Shown here: positions 35,101 to 46,430 of the stretch, in pieces | How the letters are laid out: each line of letters starts with the position of its first letter | Numbering within the stretch: position 1 is the stretch's first letter | Source: Selaginella moellendorffii | Lineage: Eukaryota; Plantae; Lycopodiophyta | Assembly: GCF_000143415.4 (NCBI RefSeq) | Contig: NW_003314295.1 | Span: 504,125 to 568,124, forward strand | Direction of reading: 5' to 3' | Length of the DNA: 64,000 nucleotides | The notes under the pieces: model-generated | Database searches by the model: none | What the model saw: the letters and a program-made list of their open reading frames with translations, nothing else | What the model was told of the DNA's origin: nothing | Translations under genes and position numbers: made by a program

Positions 35101-38100
35101 GCCGTGAGGTTGATCATCGAATTGAGGTTATTTCGGGTTCTAAACCACTTACGAAAACTCCGTATCGATTGAACATCAAGGAGATGGCTGAACTCAAGAA
35201 GCAACTCACAGAGCTTCTTGACAAAGGTTATATCCGACCAAGCAAATCACCTTATGGAGCGCTGATCCTTTTTGTTATGAAAAAGGATGGAACCATGAGG
35301 ATGTGTATTGACTATCAGGCATTCAACAAGATCACGGTTAAAAACAGTTATCCTTTGCCTCGCATTGATGACTTGTTTGACCAACTCTTAAAGGCTAAGT
35401 ATTTTACGCAACTTGATTTGCAGTCCAGGTATCATCAGATACGGGTGGCGGATCAAGATGTGGAGAAGACAGCCTTTAAGACTCGGTATGGATCTTATAA
35501 GTTCCTTGTCATGCCATTCGGGTTATGCAATGCTCCGGCAACGTTCAGCACTATGATGGATAGAATATTTGGAGATTATTTAGACACATTTGTTGTCTTA
35601 TATATCGACGATGGTCTACTCTTCAACAAAACGTTGGAAGATCATTTGAAACACTTGGAGCTGGTGTTTCAGAAGTTGCGCAAACACAAACTGTATGCTA
35701 AGGAAAGTAAATGCGCTTTTGAACAATTGCGCGTAAACTTTCTCGGATATATAGTTGGTGGTGGCATAATTGAGGTTGATCCAAAGAAGGTGGAAGCCGT
35801 GAAGTCCTGGGAAGTCCCGACCACTGTATCAGATGTTCGTTCCTTTCTCGGTTTGGCGGGATACTATCGTAAGTTTGTCCGCAATTTTGCAAGAATTGCT
35901 CTTCCGTTGACTGAGTTGACGAAGAGTAGTATTCCGTTTCATTGGACACCGGCTTCTCAGCGTGCTTTTGTACGGTTGAAGGAGATCTTGACTACGGTTC
36001 CTGTTCTTAGGATCCTAGAGCTTGATAAACCATTCGAAGTGCATTGTGATGCATTTGGCTATGCTATTGGTGCCGTGTTGCAGCAAGATTGTGACAAAGC
36101 GGTTGGTGTTACGGTAAGGTGACATGGTTGTCCCGTTGCGTTCTATTCCAAGAAATTGGATGAAACTCAACGAAGATGGCTAACGCATGAAAAAGAGATG
36201 TTTGCTATAGTGTCGACCCTGGAACACTGGAGACACTACTTGGGTGGACACACCAAGGTTTATACAGATAGTAACACACTAAGCTACTTTGCTACGTAGC
36301 CTAAGCTTATGCCGAAGCAGGCTCATTGGCAAGAGAAGCTTGCTAGATATGATATTGAAATTATATATAAACCTAGTAAAGATAATATTGTTTCGGATGC
36401 ATTGAGTCGTGAGGCTCAGTTCCGGGCAATATCAACAATCAGTTCGGACTGGTTAGAGGATGTTCGGGCTTCATATGGAAGTGATCCATTGGTGAAGGCA
36501 ATCTTAAGTCGTGCGGGGTTGTTGAAGCAGAGCCCTGGTAGCAAAGCAGCGAAAGTTGTTAGTCGCACTAATGTGACGCTTCACTTCTCAGTTCAGGATG
36601 GGCTTATATTCTATAAGCAAGAAAGATTGTATCTTCCCTCTAAGGATCTACAGCAGTTGTTTCTGCGAGAACATCATGATGTTCCAACAGTGGGACATGA
36701 TAGAAAGCAAAAGACTCTAGCTTCATTGAAAAAAGGGATTTTTCTAGTCTGATATGGAAGGTGATGTAGCGGATTATGCCCTATATGCCAGCAATGTAAG
36801 CGCAAAACTAAGAAGCAGGCTGGAAAGTTGTAGTGCATTCCAGCACCGGCATGGCCATTTCAGAGTGTGACACTTGATTTCATCACTTGCTTGCCGAAGT
36901 CTAAGGGTTATGATACTTTGATGGTGGTTGTGGATCGGTTGTCAAAGATTGCACACTTCATTCCAACTGTAGGAATAGTAAATGCGAAACAAGCAGCAAA
37001 GCTCTTTTTCCATGAAGTAGTGCGGGTTCGTGGTCTCCCTAAAGAGATGATCTCGGATAGAGATTCGAGATTTATGGGGAAGTTTTGGGGCACACTGTTC
37101 CAATTATTCAATACCAAGTTGAAGTTTAGTATGGTTTATCATCCTCAGACTGATGGGCAGACCAAACGTGTGAATGCTCAAGTTAAGGATTATCTGCGGT
37201 ACTATGTCGCGGCAGACCAACGTGACTGGGTTGAGCATTTGGACACAGCAGAAATCTGTTATAACAACACATTTCACAGCGCTATTGGCTATTCTCCATG
37301 GGAGATGCTGCAAGGGAATGCTCGTGGGGTCCCTCAACAGATTGTTGTACCGAAACCAATGTCCGAAGTGTTGGTCCTAGCTGTTGAGACTTATGTGGAG
37401 TAGCTACGCCACAATTAGTCTAGAGCTACTGAGGCGATAGGCAAAACTCAGGATAGGTATCGACGTGATAAGGATTAGCATCGTCGGGATGTATCTTATC
37501 AAGTGGGAGATCAGGTGTGGCTATCTTCCCGGAACTTGAATATTAAGGGTTCTTTGTCTCGGAAGCTCTTGCCGAGATATGTTGGACCCTATCGGGTGCT
37601 AAAACGCATTAGTGATGTATCATATTGGTTGGATCTACCTGCGGAGATGTCCAATGTTCATAATGTATTTCATGCCAATTTATTGGCTCCTTACACTATG
37701 GATGTTGAGTGTCACGTGGAAATTCGTCCACCGCCAGAAGTTGTGGATGGTGAACCTAAATACGAAGTTGAAAGCATTCTGTCATGTCGCCGGAAACGTG
37801 GTGGTCGTGCGAAGGAATATCTAGTTAAGTGGAAAGGTTACCCGCCTTGTGAATCAACTTGGGAACCTCTTAGTAATCTTACCCATGCTCGTGAGCTTGT
37901 CACGGAGTATGAGAATAGTAATAAAAACTAATTTTTGTAAAAATCTTGTAATAAATCTTGCAAATCAATAAAGTAATATATTTCTATCAATCAAAGTGTC
38001 GTTTCTCTTGTTCGTTCATACTTGGGTCAGTTTTGGCAGGTTGACTTCGGCATTTCGGTGCATGGGTCCAATCCATAACCATGGGGATAACTATTATAGA

Positions 38101-39454
38101 TTGATCACAAGTCCCCGCCTCTCTCGATAACTCACTTTTGAAAAGGGGCGTGGTCGTGTAAACAATTTAATCTGCCAGTTTATAATAGTTGTCTAAATCT
38201 TCCCAACAGGGTTGATTTCTTGCTCAGTGTGAAGTTGGGCCTCTAGCCTTCTCCCTATGTCCCTGTGGGCAGGGATGTATCATTCCTTTGTAAGCCGAGT
38301 GGTACTTGGAGTAGCAAGGGTGGCTAACTCTGTTAGTCATTTCTTTGTCGGTGACGGCCGGAGGGTGTCTGAGTCTTAGTGTCTTTGGATATAGAGGAGA
38401 GGTCGTTCTATAACTCATTTAAGTTGGTGTGTTTCCCATATAGTGTGCTTTCCGTTTACTTTCGGAGTTGTTTCCTTGATGGTTTGCAAGACTCGGGTCT
38501 GCATTGACGAAGACGTCGATCTTCCCAAAGGGGGGGAGAGTGTCGCGAATATGACTTCGGGTATCGAAAGATACTTGTCGGCCAGTCTTTACGGGCACTC
38601 TTTCCTTACTACCACGACGGCAAGAGGTCAGTACTACTGGTCCCTTTTATGGTCTCCACCCAAGCTAGTTGAGAAACTGGTCATCGCGTGTGCACTTGAC
38701 CAGATGAGCATAAGGACGGAATTCCTACATACTATTTGTCAAGCATACTTGACTTAGTTAGAGAAACTCATTCATTGACTTGCACTTGCTAGTGTTGGGA
38801 ACCCCCGCAATATTGAGACTAGTCCCTCAATATTCGCTAGATGATAGATTATTGTGTTTGCCAAACACCCTCGCTATCATGCCCTTTGTGTTAGTTTCAT
38901 TTCGGTCCCAAGTGCTATTTATGGAAAGTGTTTAGATTAGCTCATTTAGTATATCTACGGAATGTAGAGATCGGCCTGAACACAATGGTGTTCATCCCGT
39001 GTCCAAATTCACAATCTATCACCATTCCATATTTAGTAAGTTTTGGACTTGTCCCAGAGACTAACTTCTGGTACTAAGAGAGGCTTGGGGTGAAAGCCCA
39101 AAGCGTGTGTCCCTCAACAGGGGGGCTGTGGGGGGTTCCAAATGTATAGTAGGGATAGTGGTTGGAATGCATGTCTGACCACCTGAGACATTAATTTGGT
39201 TCCCACTGGGCTGTGTTGCTCCTTGTTCTACGTCCGGCTTGGGTCTAAGCCCAAGCTCCACACTGCTCTAGTCGGTGGGGTATCCTCCTCCTCGCGTTAG
39301 GCCACCGGTATGCCAAAATTGTGTCAGACTCCGTCTGACACCATTTTGCATGTAGGTGCTGGATACGGGGAGCTGGTGCTCGTGAGATTGTACTGGACCC
39401 TCATTTCGTAGTGCAACAGGCTTGGAGTTCAGCTCCAAATTCAGGTGCGCTACA
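32153..39454 (+). mobile_element. Ty3/gypsy chromovirus, full length but degenerate
   Basis: LTRs 32153-33115 and 38541-39454 (TG..CA); TSD AGTTG/AGTTA; tRNA-iMet PBS TGGTATCAGAG at 33118; PPT before 38541; gag, PR, RT (YIDD), RNase H, integrase and chromodomain (EYLVKWKGY..STWEP), with stops and frameshifts. Confidence 0.93.
32703..32802. other. assembly gap (100 N)
   Basis: Run of N inside the 5' LTR. Confidence 0.99.
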
Positions 39455-41478
39455 AGTTATTAGTCAATTTTCTCAATTCCAAATCATTTGAAGAACTTAT
39501 CAATCATTGTAGAAAATGACTATCATTCATTTGGAAGCAAGAAAGATGCCCAATCTGCTACTCTTGTTTTCAAGGATCTCAGGAATAATTTTTGGGACAA
39601 AGCATCTTTAGTGATCTTGTTGTATCGTAAGTAAGTTTGAAATTGATCAATGTTATTATGAGCCAAAATACTTGATCTAAGATAGAACTTTAAGAGGTCC
39701 ATTGCCCTATAAAGAATATAAATAGTTGCCACTATTGGTGTAATGTTTTGATTGTTCTCTTCTTTGAAATCTATTCTAGACGATGAAGACTTACTTACTG
39801 AGAACACCATTTAGTAATTAAGCTGACATATAAGCCTTAAAAATTCCTCTAAGTTATATGTGTGTAAAGAGGAGTTTATATAACAATAACACTTGACCAA
39901 CAGGTATGAATAAGCATCAAACTTCTAAAATGTGCCAAATGCCAAAATTAGGTACTTGCTTTGATGCTGGTCTAGAGTTTGGAGAGCTCAATTACAAATT
40001 TTTATGTTTGCTAGACACTCAAGGATTTTAAAATCATTCTTTATAACACTTATAACCTCTTATACACTCACTATATACTAAATGTTGTTTTCCATTCAAG
40101 TAAAAGCTTCTCAATCAAAAGAGATGATTAAAATAAGGCATGAAATAGCTATATATACTCTAAGGCACTAAAATAAACCATAACATAATGCAAGGGATAA
40201 GTATATAAGGAAAAGTTTTTAAACTTTAAACACACCAAATGTTTTAAGGGATGAAGCCTAAAGCTAAAAAGAAAAGACACTTAAACTTTTTGCATACTAC
40301 TCTAAAAATCATGAAACCAAACTTTAAAAACATGTATAACAGTTTTGTATGAAAGATAAACCTAAAAATTTCACTTAAATATACTTAAAACACTCACTAA
40401 AATTAGCAAACACATAACCGGATGAGAAAATATAAAGATCTTACAGTTCTAAAATCTTATTCTAGGGCTCGCCAAAAAGCTTTATCCAAGATTTATTTAG
40501 CCATGTAAGAAAGATCCATCTATATTACTCAAAATTGTGTGAGAATGCCCTAAACTTTTTTTACACTCTAAATAAAAGAACCCAAGTAAAAAGCTTTATA
40601 AATTACTTGATAAAACTCACAGTTGAAGATCTATTGTATATCAAACTCTTGAAATGAGTATTACACATATCATGAATAAAAATTATTTGCATGTTATGCT
40701 CTAAGAATGGAATTGAGAAATTTGTGATATTAAAATAAAGTGCTCAACAAGATTTAAAAACCCATTAGCTCCATTGCTTAATTTAATCAGCAACTAAGGG
40801 GCAAAGAGGAGAAAATAACTATTCTTAGTTTAAAAAAGAAGAAAATTCAAGAAATCCTTAGAATTTAAACATGGTACCTAGAATCTTACAGTTGGGCACA
40901 CTTATTCTTACTCCATCACCACAATGCAAATCTTTTGAGAATTTGCCCTAAAATTAAAAAAAAAATGAGATTAAATCTTGAATCTTGGACTCGGTCTTGA
41001 ACTCAATTTCAAATTTGGTCTCGAACTTGATTTCGATCTCGGACTTAATTTCATCCGATGAACTATTTATCATTCCAATCATGATTTTAAAGATCCTTTA
41101 ATTTATAGGGAGTTAATTCCTTATACATTCTTCTTCCTTTCCATAGTGAATGACTTTTAGATGACATTTCAAAACACTAAAACTAAGTGTGAATATTATG
41201 GGTATTCTCCCCACCTCCAATTACATGGCTAGATTGAGGTTTTGATAAACCATATAAAGTATTTAAGCAGATAGTGCAACCCATAAGAGTATTGAATTTA
41301 ATCTCTCAAAGGAATTATAGCTAACTTTTAAATATTTCACCAAATTACTCTACTTATCCATCAATGTTTACTCTAGCTTTAGACTCTTTAATATTTTAAT
41401 TATCACCCATTATATAAGTATAATATTCCTTAGTCATATTAGTTTTTCTAGAGTAATCCCTAGAAATTTACTAAACCC

Positions 41479-41630
41479 AGCTCGGCAAAGCCATGGAAGT
41501 TTTGGAAGAGATGACACTCTCAAGGAAAGGCAGGCCAAATGTCGAGGCTTACAAGGCGGTAGCGAGAGAAGGGAGGCATGAAGAGGCAAACGTGCTCGCG
41601 GACGAATTACTTGGTAACAAAGGCCAGTAA
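41479..41630 (+). pseudogene. 3' tip of P-PPR (block copy 3)
   Basis: Matches ~15313-15476 with a small deletion. Confidence 0.85.
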
Positions 41631-41790
41631 AAAGAGATTTGTAATCACATATCCTGAATATTGTGTGAATACTATAGATGTTCTCCTGGGATGTTTCCTA
41701 AGGCTTTCACAGAAATAGAGTTTAGTTTCAATTTGCTTCTAATTTTATATATAAGGCCCTCTTTCAGAGTTCACTTAGGACTCTTCTTTC

Positions 41791-42837
41791 ATGGCTGTTT
41801 CATCCATTGCGAGCATTTTCGCAGCAGAGAAAAGCTATTCCATTCCACCAGTGTGTCAACTCCTTGTCTCTCCAGTGCTGAATCCTCTGTACGATGCAAA
41901 GGCCGAGTCTCAGATCGATGCGTGGTGCGCGGAGTTTCTGAAGTTGCAACCTGGAAGCGAGAAAGCTGTGTTTGTTCAAGAAAGCAGGCTTGGATTGCTC
42001 GCGGCTTATGTTTACCCGACCATTCCATACGAGAAGATTGTTCCGGTTGGAAAGTTCTTCGCTTCGTTCTTTCTTGCAGATGACATTCTGGATAGCCCGG
42101 AGATCTCCTCGTCGGACATGAGGAATGTGGCAATCGCATACAAGATGGTTTTAAAGGGAAGATATGACGAGGCCACGCTTCCAGTGAAAAATCCGGAGCT
42201 GCTGAGGCAAATGAAGATGTTATCTGAGGTCTTGGAAGAATTGTCCCTCCATGTAGTGGATGAATCAGGCCGATTCGTGGATGCTATGACCAGGGTGCTC
42301 GACATGTTTGAGATTGAATCGAGCTGGCTTCGCAAGCAAATCATTCCCAACCTGGATACGTACCTCTGGCTGAGAGAGATCACATCTGGTGTGGCTCCTT
42401 GCTTTGCTCTGATTGATGGTTTACTGCAACTTAGGCTGGAGGAGCGTGGCGTGCTGGATCATCCTCTCATACGCAAGGTTGAGGAGATTGGGACGCACCA
42501 CATTGCGCTCCACAATGACTTGATGTCGCTAAGGAAGGAGTGGGCGAGTGGAAACTACCTCAACGCCGTGCCCATTCTCGCCAGCAATCGTAAGTGTGGC
42601 TTGAACGAGGCAATCGGCAAGGTTGCGAGCATGGTGGAGGATTTGGAGAAGGATTTCGCCCAGACAAAGCATGAGATCATTTCAAGTGGGCTTGCCATGA
42701 AGCAAGGAGTCATGGACTATGTGAACGGCATAGAGGTGTGGATGGCCGGAAACGTAGAATGGGGATGGACGACCGCTAGATACCATGGAATTGGGTGGAT
42801 CCCTCCTCCAGAAAAATCAGGGACCTTCCAACTCTAG
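41791..42837 (+). CDS. MTPSL: microbial terpene synthase-like protein, copy 3
   Basis: 348 aa intact; DDILD, NDLMSLRKE, WTTARY; upstream TATATAAG. Confidence 0.93.
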   Translation: MAVSSIASIFAAEKSYSIPPVCQLLVSPVLNPLYDAKAESQIDAWCAEFLKLQPGSEKAVFVQESRLGLLAAYVYPTIPYEKIVPVGKFFASFFLADDILDSPEISSSDMRNVAIAYKMVLKGRYDEATLPVKNPELLRQMKMLSEVLEELSLHVVDESGRFVDAMTRVLDMFEIESSWLRKQIIPNLDTYLWLREITSGVAPCFALIDGLLQLRLEERGVLDHPLIRKVEEIGTHHIALHNDLMSLRKEWASGNYLNAVPILASNRKCGLNEAIGKVASMVEDLEKDFAQTKHEIISSGLAMKQGVMDYVNGIEVWMAGNVEWGWTTARYHGIGWIPPPEKSGTFQL

Positions 42838-42880
42838 ATTGGTGCTCAGTTCCATCAAATAGTAAATAATAATTTCTCTC

Positions 42881-44078
42881 ATGGAGTGTTTTAGAAATTC
42901 ATATCTAAGCAGTGTTTTCGTCCTGAACAAGCAAATTGAAATGCACGGTAGATGTGGTAACATCAAACACGCAGCTCAAATCTTCCATGGTATGGCCAAG
43001 AGGGACAAGTTCAGCTGGGATCTTTTGCTGTTCTGCAAAAACGGGCATTTTGATGAAGTGCGAAGGCTCTTCAGCTGCATGCCGTGCTGGAGCCTCGTGT
43101 CATTTACTACTATGATTTCTGTTGACTCCAAGAGAGGCAAAATGCAAGGAATACAATCTGTTACTATAAACGCGGTGCTTTTTGCATTTGCCGAAAATGG
43201 GTAAATCTGCCAAGATAGTCTTTAGCAAAATGCCTGCTCACAACTTGGTCTCGTGGACGATGATGCTGGGGGCTTTATCTCAGCTCGTGGATGTAGAAAG
43301 CACTTTTAAAGAGATGCCGGAGCACGATGTCGTCTCGTGCACTTGCGCAATTGCAGCATTCTCCCGTCACGGGCATCTGGAGTCTTCTCTGGAGCTCTTC
43401 CACGCCATGCGTGTGAGGAATTTCTCGACTTGCACGGCAATCGTTTCCGGCTTCTTGAAAGAGTCGGACCGCTTCTTTCACGATCAGATGCCACAGCACG
43501 ATCTTGTCTCCGTCACAACGCTGCTCGTCGCCTACACTCAAAGCCAACGCCTTGAGGAAGCCAGCTGCCTCTTTGATTCTCTTCCATACGTAGATGCCGT
43601 GTGTTAGAACGCCATAGCCATGGACGAAACCACGAAAATCCTAGACAAAATGCCGGCATGGAATCTTGCAACCTGGAAGACGCTGCTAACATCACACTCC
43701 TTGCAAGGGAATCTTACCGGGGCTAGAATATTCTTTCAAGAAATGCCAGACAAGAACTTGGTGTCCTGGAACGCCATGCTCTCGGCATATGCCCAAAACG
43801 GGCATCTTTCTCTTGCAAAGAAGGTGTTCCAAACGTGGAAGCAACACTACTGCTGCATCGTGGACATGCTGGGGCGAGCGGGATACCTGGATGCGACGGA
43901 AGAGCTTGTGCAAACCATGCCTTTTCTTCCCAACTCGTGGGACTGGACGTCCATGCTAAGTTCTTCCAGAGGTGATAGAATCTGGAAAAACGGTGCTCGA
44001 GTGACGAAACGAGCTTTGCTTTCGGGCCCCAGCGATGGAGCTGCTCTTGTGCTGCTCGCAAACTCACGCTCCTCTTGA
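42881..44078 (+). pseudogene. PLS-PPR pseudogene (block copy 3)
   Basis: Copy of 17190-18689 with frameshifts, TGG>TAG at 43605 and a large internal deletion. Confidence 0.88.
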
Positions 44079-44142
44079 CTCTTACTACTTTTCCGAAACT
44101 TTACCTTTATAAAATGGGTTATCGAATTTAGGGTTCATAGCA

Positions 44143-44979
44143 ATGGAGCAAGAAGCTCAATCGTTCTTCGATTCGGCCCCGCCTCTCCGATGCCGCGACG
44201 ATGTGGATCTGGAAGGCGGCATCGGCCATCGGCCAGGTTTTATCCTTACTACTAGCATTTCTCGTATTTTGGAGCTGAATCACGTGATTCTAGACGACGC
44301 GCATTGCCATTGTTACATCCGGGGGCACGACCGTGCCCTTGGAGCGACGATGCGTTAGGGTCATTGACAATTTCAGCTCGGGGAGTCGATCGGGAGTCGA
44401 TGAGCAGCCTCCACAGAGTGCGTTATTCTTTTCTACTCATTCTTCTTTTATGATTTTTCTTTTTTTTTTTTTTTTTGCAAGGTACTTTTGGCTGCATGCA
44501 AGAATGTCTCGAGCCTGTGGATGGATCAATCCGGGGTAAGTGAAATCTGCCTTTTATTTCTTCGAGAGTTTAACTCCCGCTTCGCAGCACGAGAAAAATG
44601 GTTTGATGCTGTGAGCCGGGCAGTCACAGGACATCATTCTGAGTTCTTGTTTCTCTTCTTGAGTTCTTAAGAATCAAAACAGGCGGTGCTCCTGAAGAAG
44701 CTCTTGAAGCTCGAGTTCATTATGCTCTTCGAGTACCTCCAAGTAAGAAACGTGCCGTGCAAACGCTGGTTTCTATGATGGTTTTGAATGGCAGATTTAG
44801 AGATTGTTGGAGCTGCCATGAAACCAGTTGGCAGGCATGCTATGTTTTACTTTGCAGCGGCTGTCTCCGGCTTCTACGTCCCCTGGAACTCCATGGTAAG
44901 AACTTCTCGTCTTCTCTTGTTTTATTTTCGGTGGAAATCTCAAAAATAATCTTCTCTATCCCGATGGAGCACAAGATCC
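44143..44979 (+). pseudogene. PPCS: PPCS pseudogene (copy 3)
   Basis: Shares the GGGAGTCGAT duplication, exon-3 deletion and R breakpoint with copy 1, plus further deletions. Confidence 0.85.
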
Positions 44980-46430
44980 CGTCAAAACTATCTCACTTGA
45001 CTGGGGGTTTTGGTAAATTTATATGGAATAATAAACAGTGTAGATTATACCTATATAATGGGTGATAATATAAGTATTAGAGAGTCTAAATATTGATGGA
45101 TTGATAGATAAGTAGAGTAAATTGGTGAAGTATTTAAAAGCTAACTCTAATTTTAACCATTTTAATCTTTCTTTAACTTGTCAGATAGATTTTTTTTAGA
45201 CTTTTTTTAAAGTCCTTGCATGTGACTTTTAGTCCAAGATCAAGCAATTTATAAAGCTTTTGGGTTGGGTTCTTTTATTTAGAGTGTAAGAAAAGTTTAG
45301 GGCATTCTCATGCAATTGTAAGTAATGCATTTAGATTTTTATTACATGGCTAGATAAATCTTAGATAAAGTTCTTCAATGAGTGCTAAAACAAGATTTTA
45401 GGAATTGGCAGCTACAAGATCTTTATATTTTTTTATTCGAATATGTGTTTGTTAGTTTCAGTGAGTGTTTTGAGTGTATTTGAGTGAGATTTTTAGGTTT
45501 AGTTTTTTACAAGATTTTTGTACATGTTTTTAGAGTTTGGTTTCATGATTTTTAGAGTAGTGTACAAAAATTTAAGGGTCTTTTTTAAAAGCTTTTTGTT
45601 GGTTTATGCTTATAAGGAATTTTTAAAAGTTTGAAAGATTTTCTTTATATATTTATCTCTTGTATCATTCTTATGGTTTATTTTAGTGCCCTAGAGTATA
45701 TATAGCTATTTGAAGTCTCATGTTTAATCATCTCTTTTTGATTAAAAAACTTTTACTTGAATGGAGAACAATATCTAATATATAGTGAGTGTATAAGAGG
45801 CTATAAAGTGTTATAAAGAGTGATTTTAAAATCCTTGAGTGTCTAACAAGAATAAAACCTTGTGATTGAGCTCTCCAACCTCTAGACTAACATCATAGTA
45901 TATACTTAGTTTTCACATTTGGCACATTTTAGAAGTTTAATGTCTATTCATATGCATTTTTCAAGTGTTGTTGCTATATGAACTCCTCTTTGGACACACA
46001 TAACTTAGAGGAATTCTCAAGGCTTATATGCTACCTTAACTACTAGACAATGTTGTTGGTAAGATAATTTATAATAGATTCCAAAGAGGAGCACAACTAA
46101 AACATTACACTAATGGTGGTAATTATTCATATTCTTTATAGAGTAATGGATCTCCTAAAGTTCTATCTTGGATTAAGTATTTTGGCTTGCAATCACATTA
46201 ATCAATTTTAAACTTACTTAAGATACAACAAGATCATTGAAGATGCTTTGTCCCAAGAATTATTCTTGAGATCCTTGAAAACAAGAGTAGTAGATTAGGC
46301 ATCTTTCTTGTTTCCAAATGAATCTTGTCTACAATGATTGACAAGTTCATCAAACAATTTAGAATGGAGAAAATTGATTAACAACTCTACATATAAATTG
46401 TTTTAATTTTGGCAAATGCTGCAAAAGAAA
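44980..46430 (+). mobile_element. repeat R copy (LTR-like start plus gag remnant)
   Basis: CGTCAAAACTATCTCAC start; colinear with 19599-21150. Confidence 0.8.

Larger units (their letters stand above)
31541..41478 (-). mobile_element. inverted copy of repeat R (31541-32152 and 39455-41478), split by the chromovirus
   Basis: Reverse complement aligns to ~19740-21710, including the gag remnant (ORF 39523..39810) and the same R/PPR junction. Confidence 0.8.

Noticed and set aside
36091-36126. ~36-bp TG..CA-bounded insert in the chromovirus RNase H
   Set aside because: Too short and no clear TSD, so it cannot be called an element.
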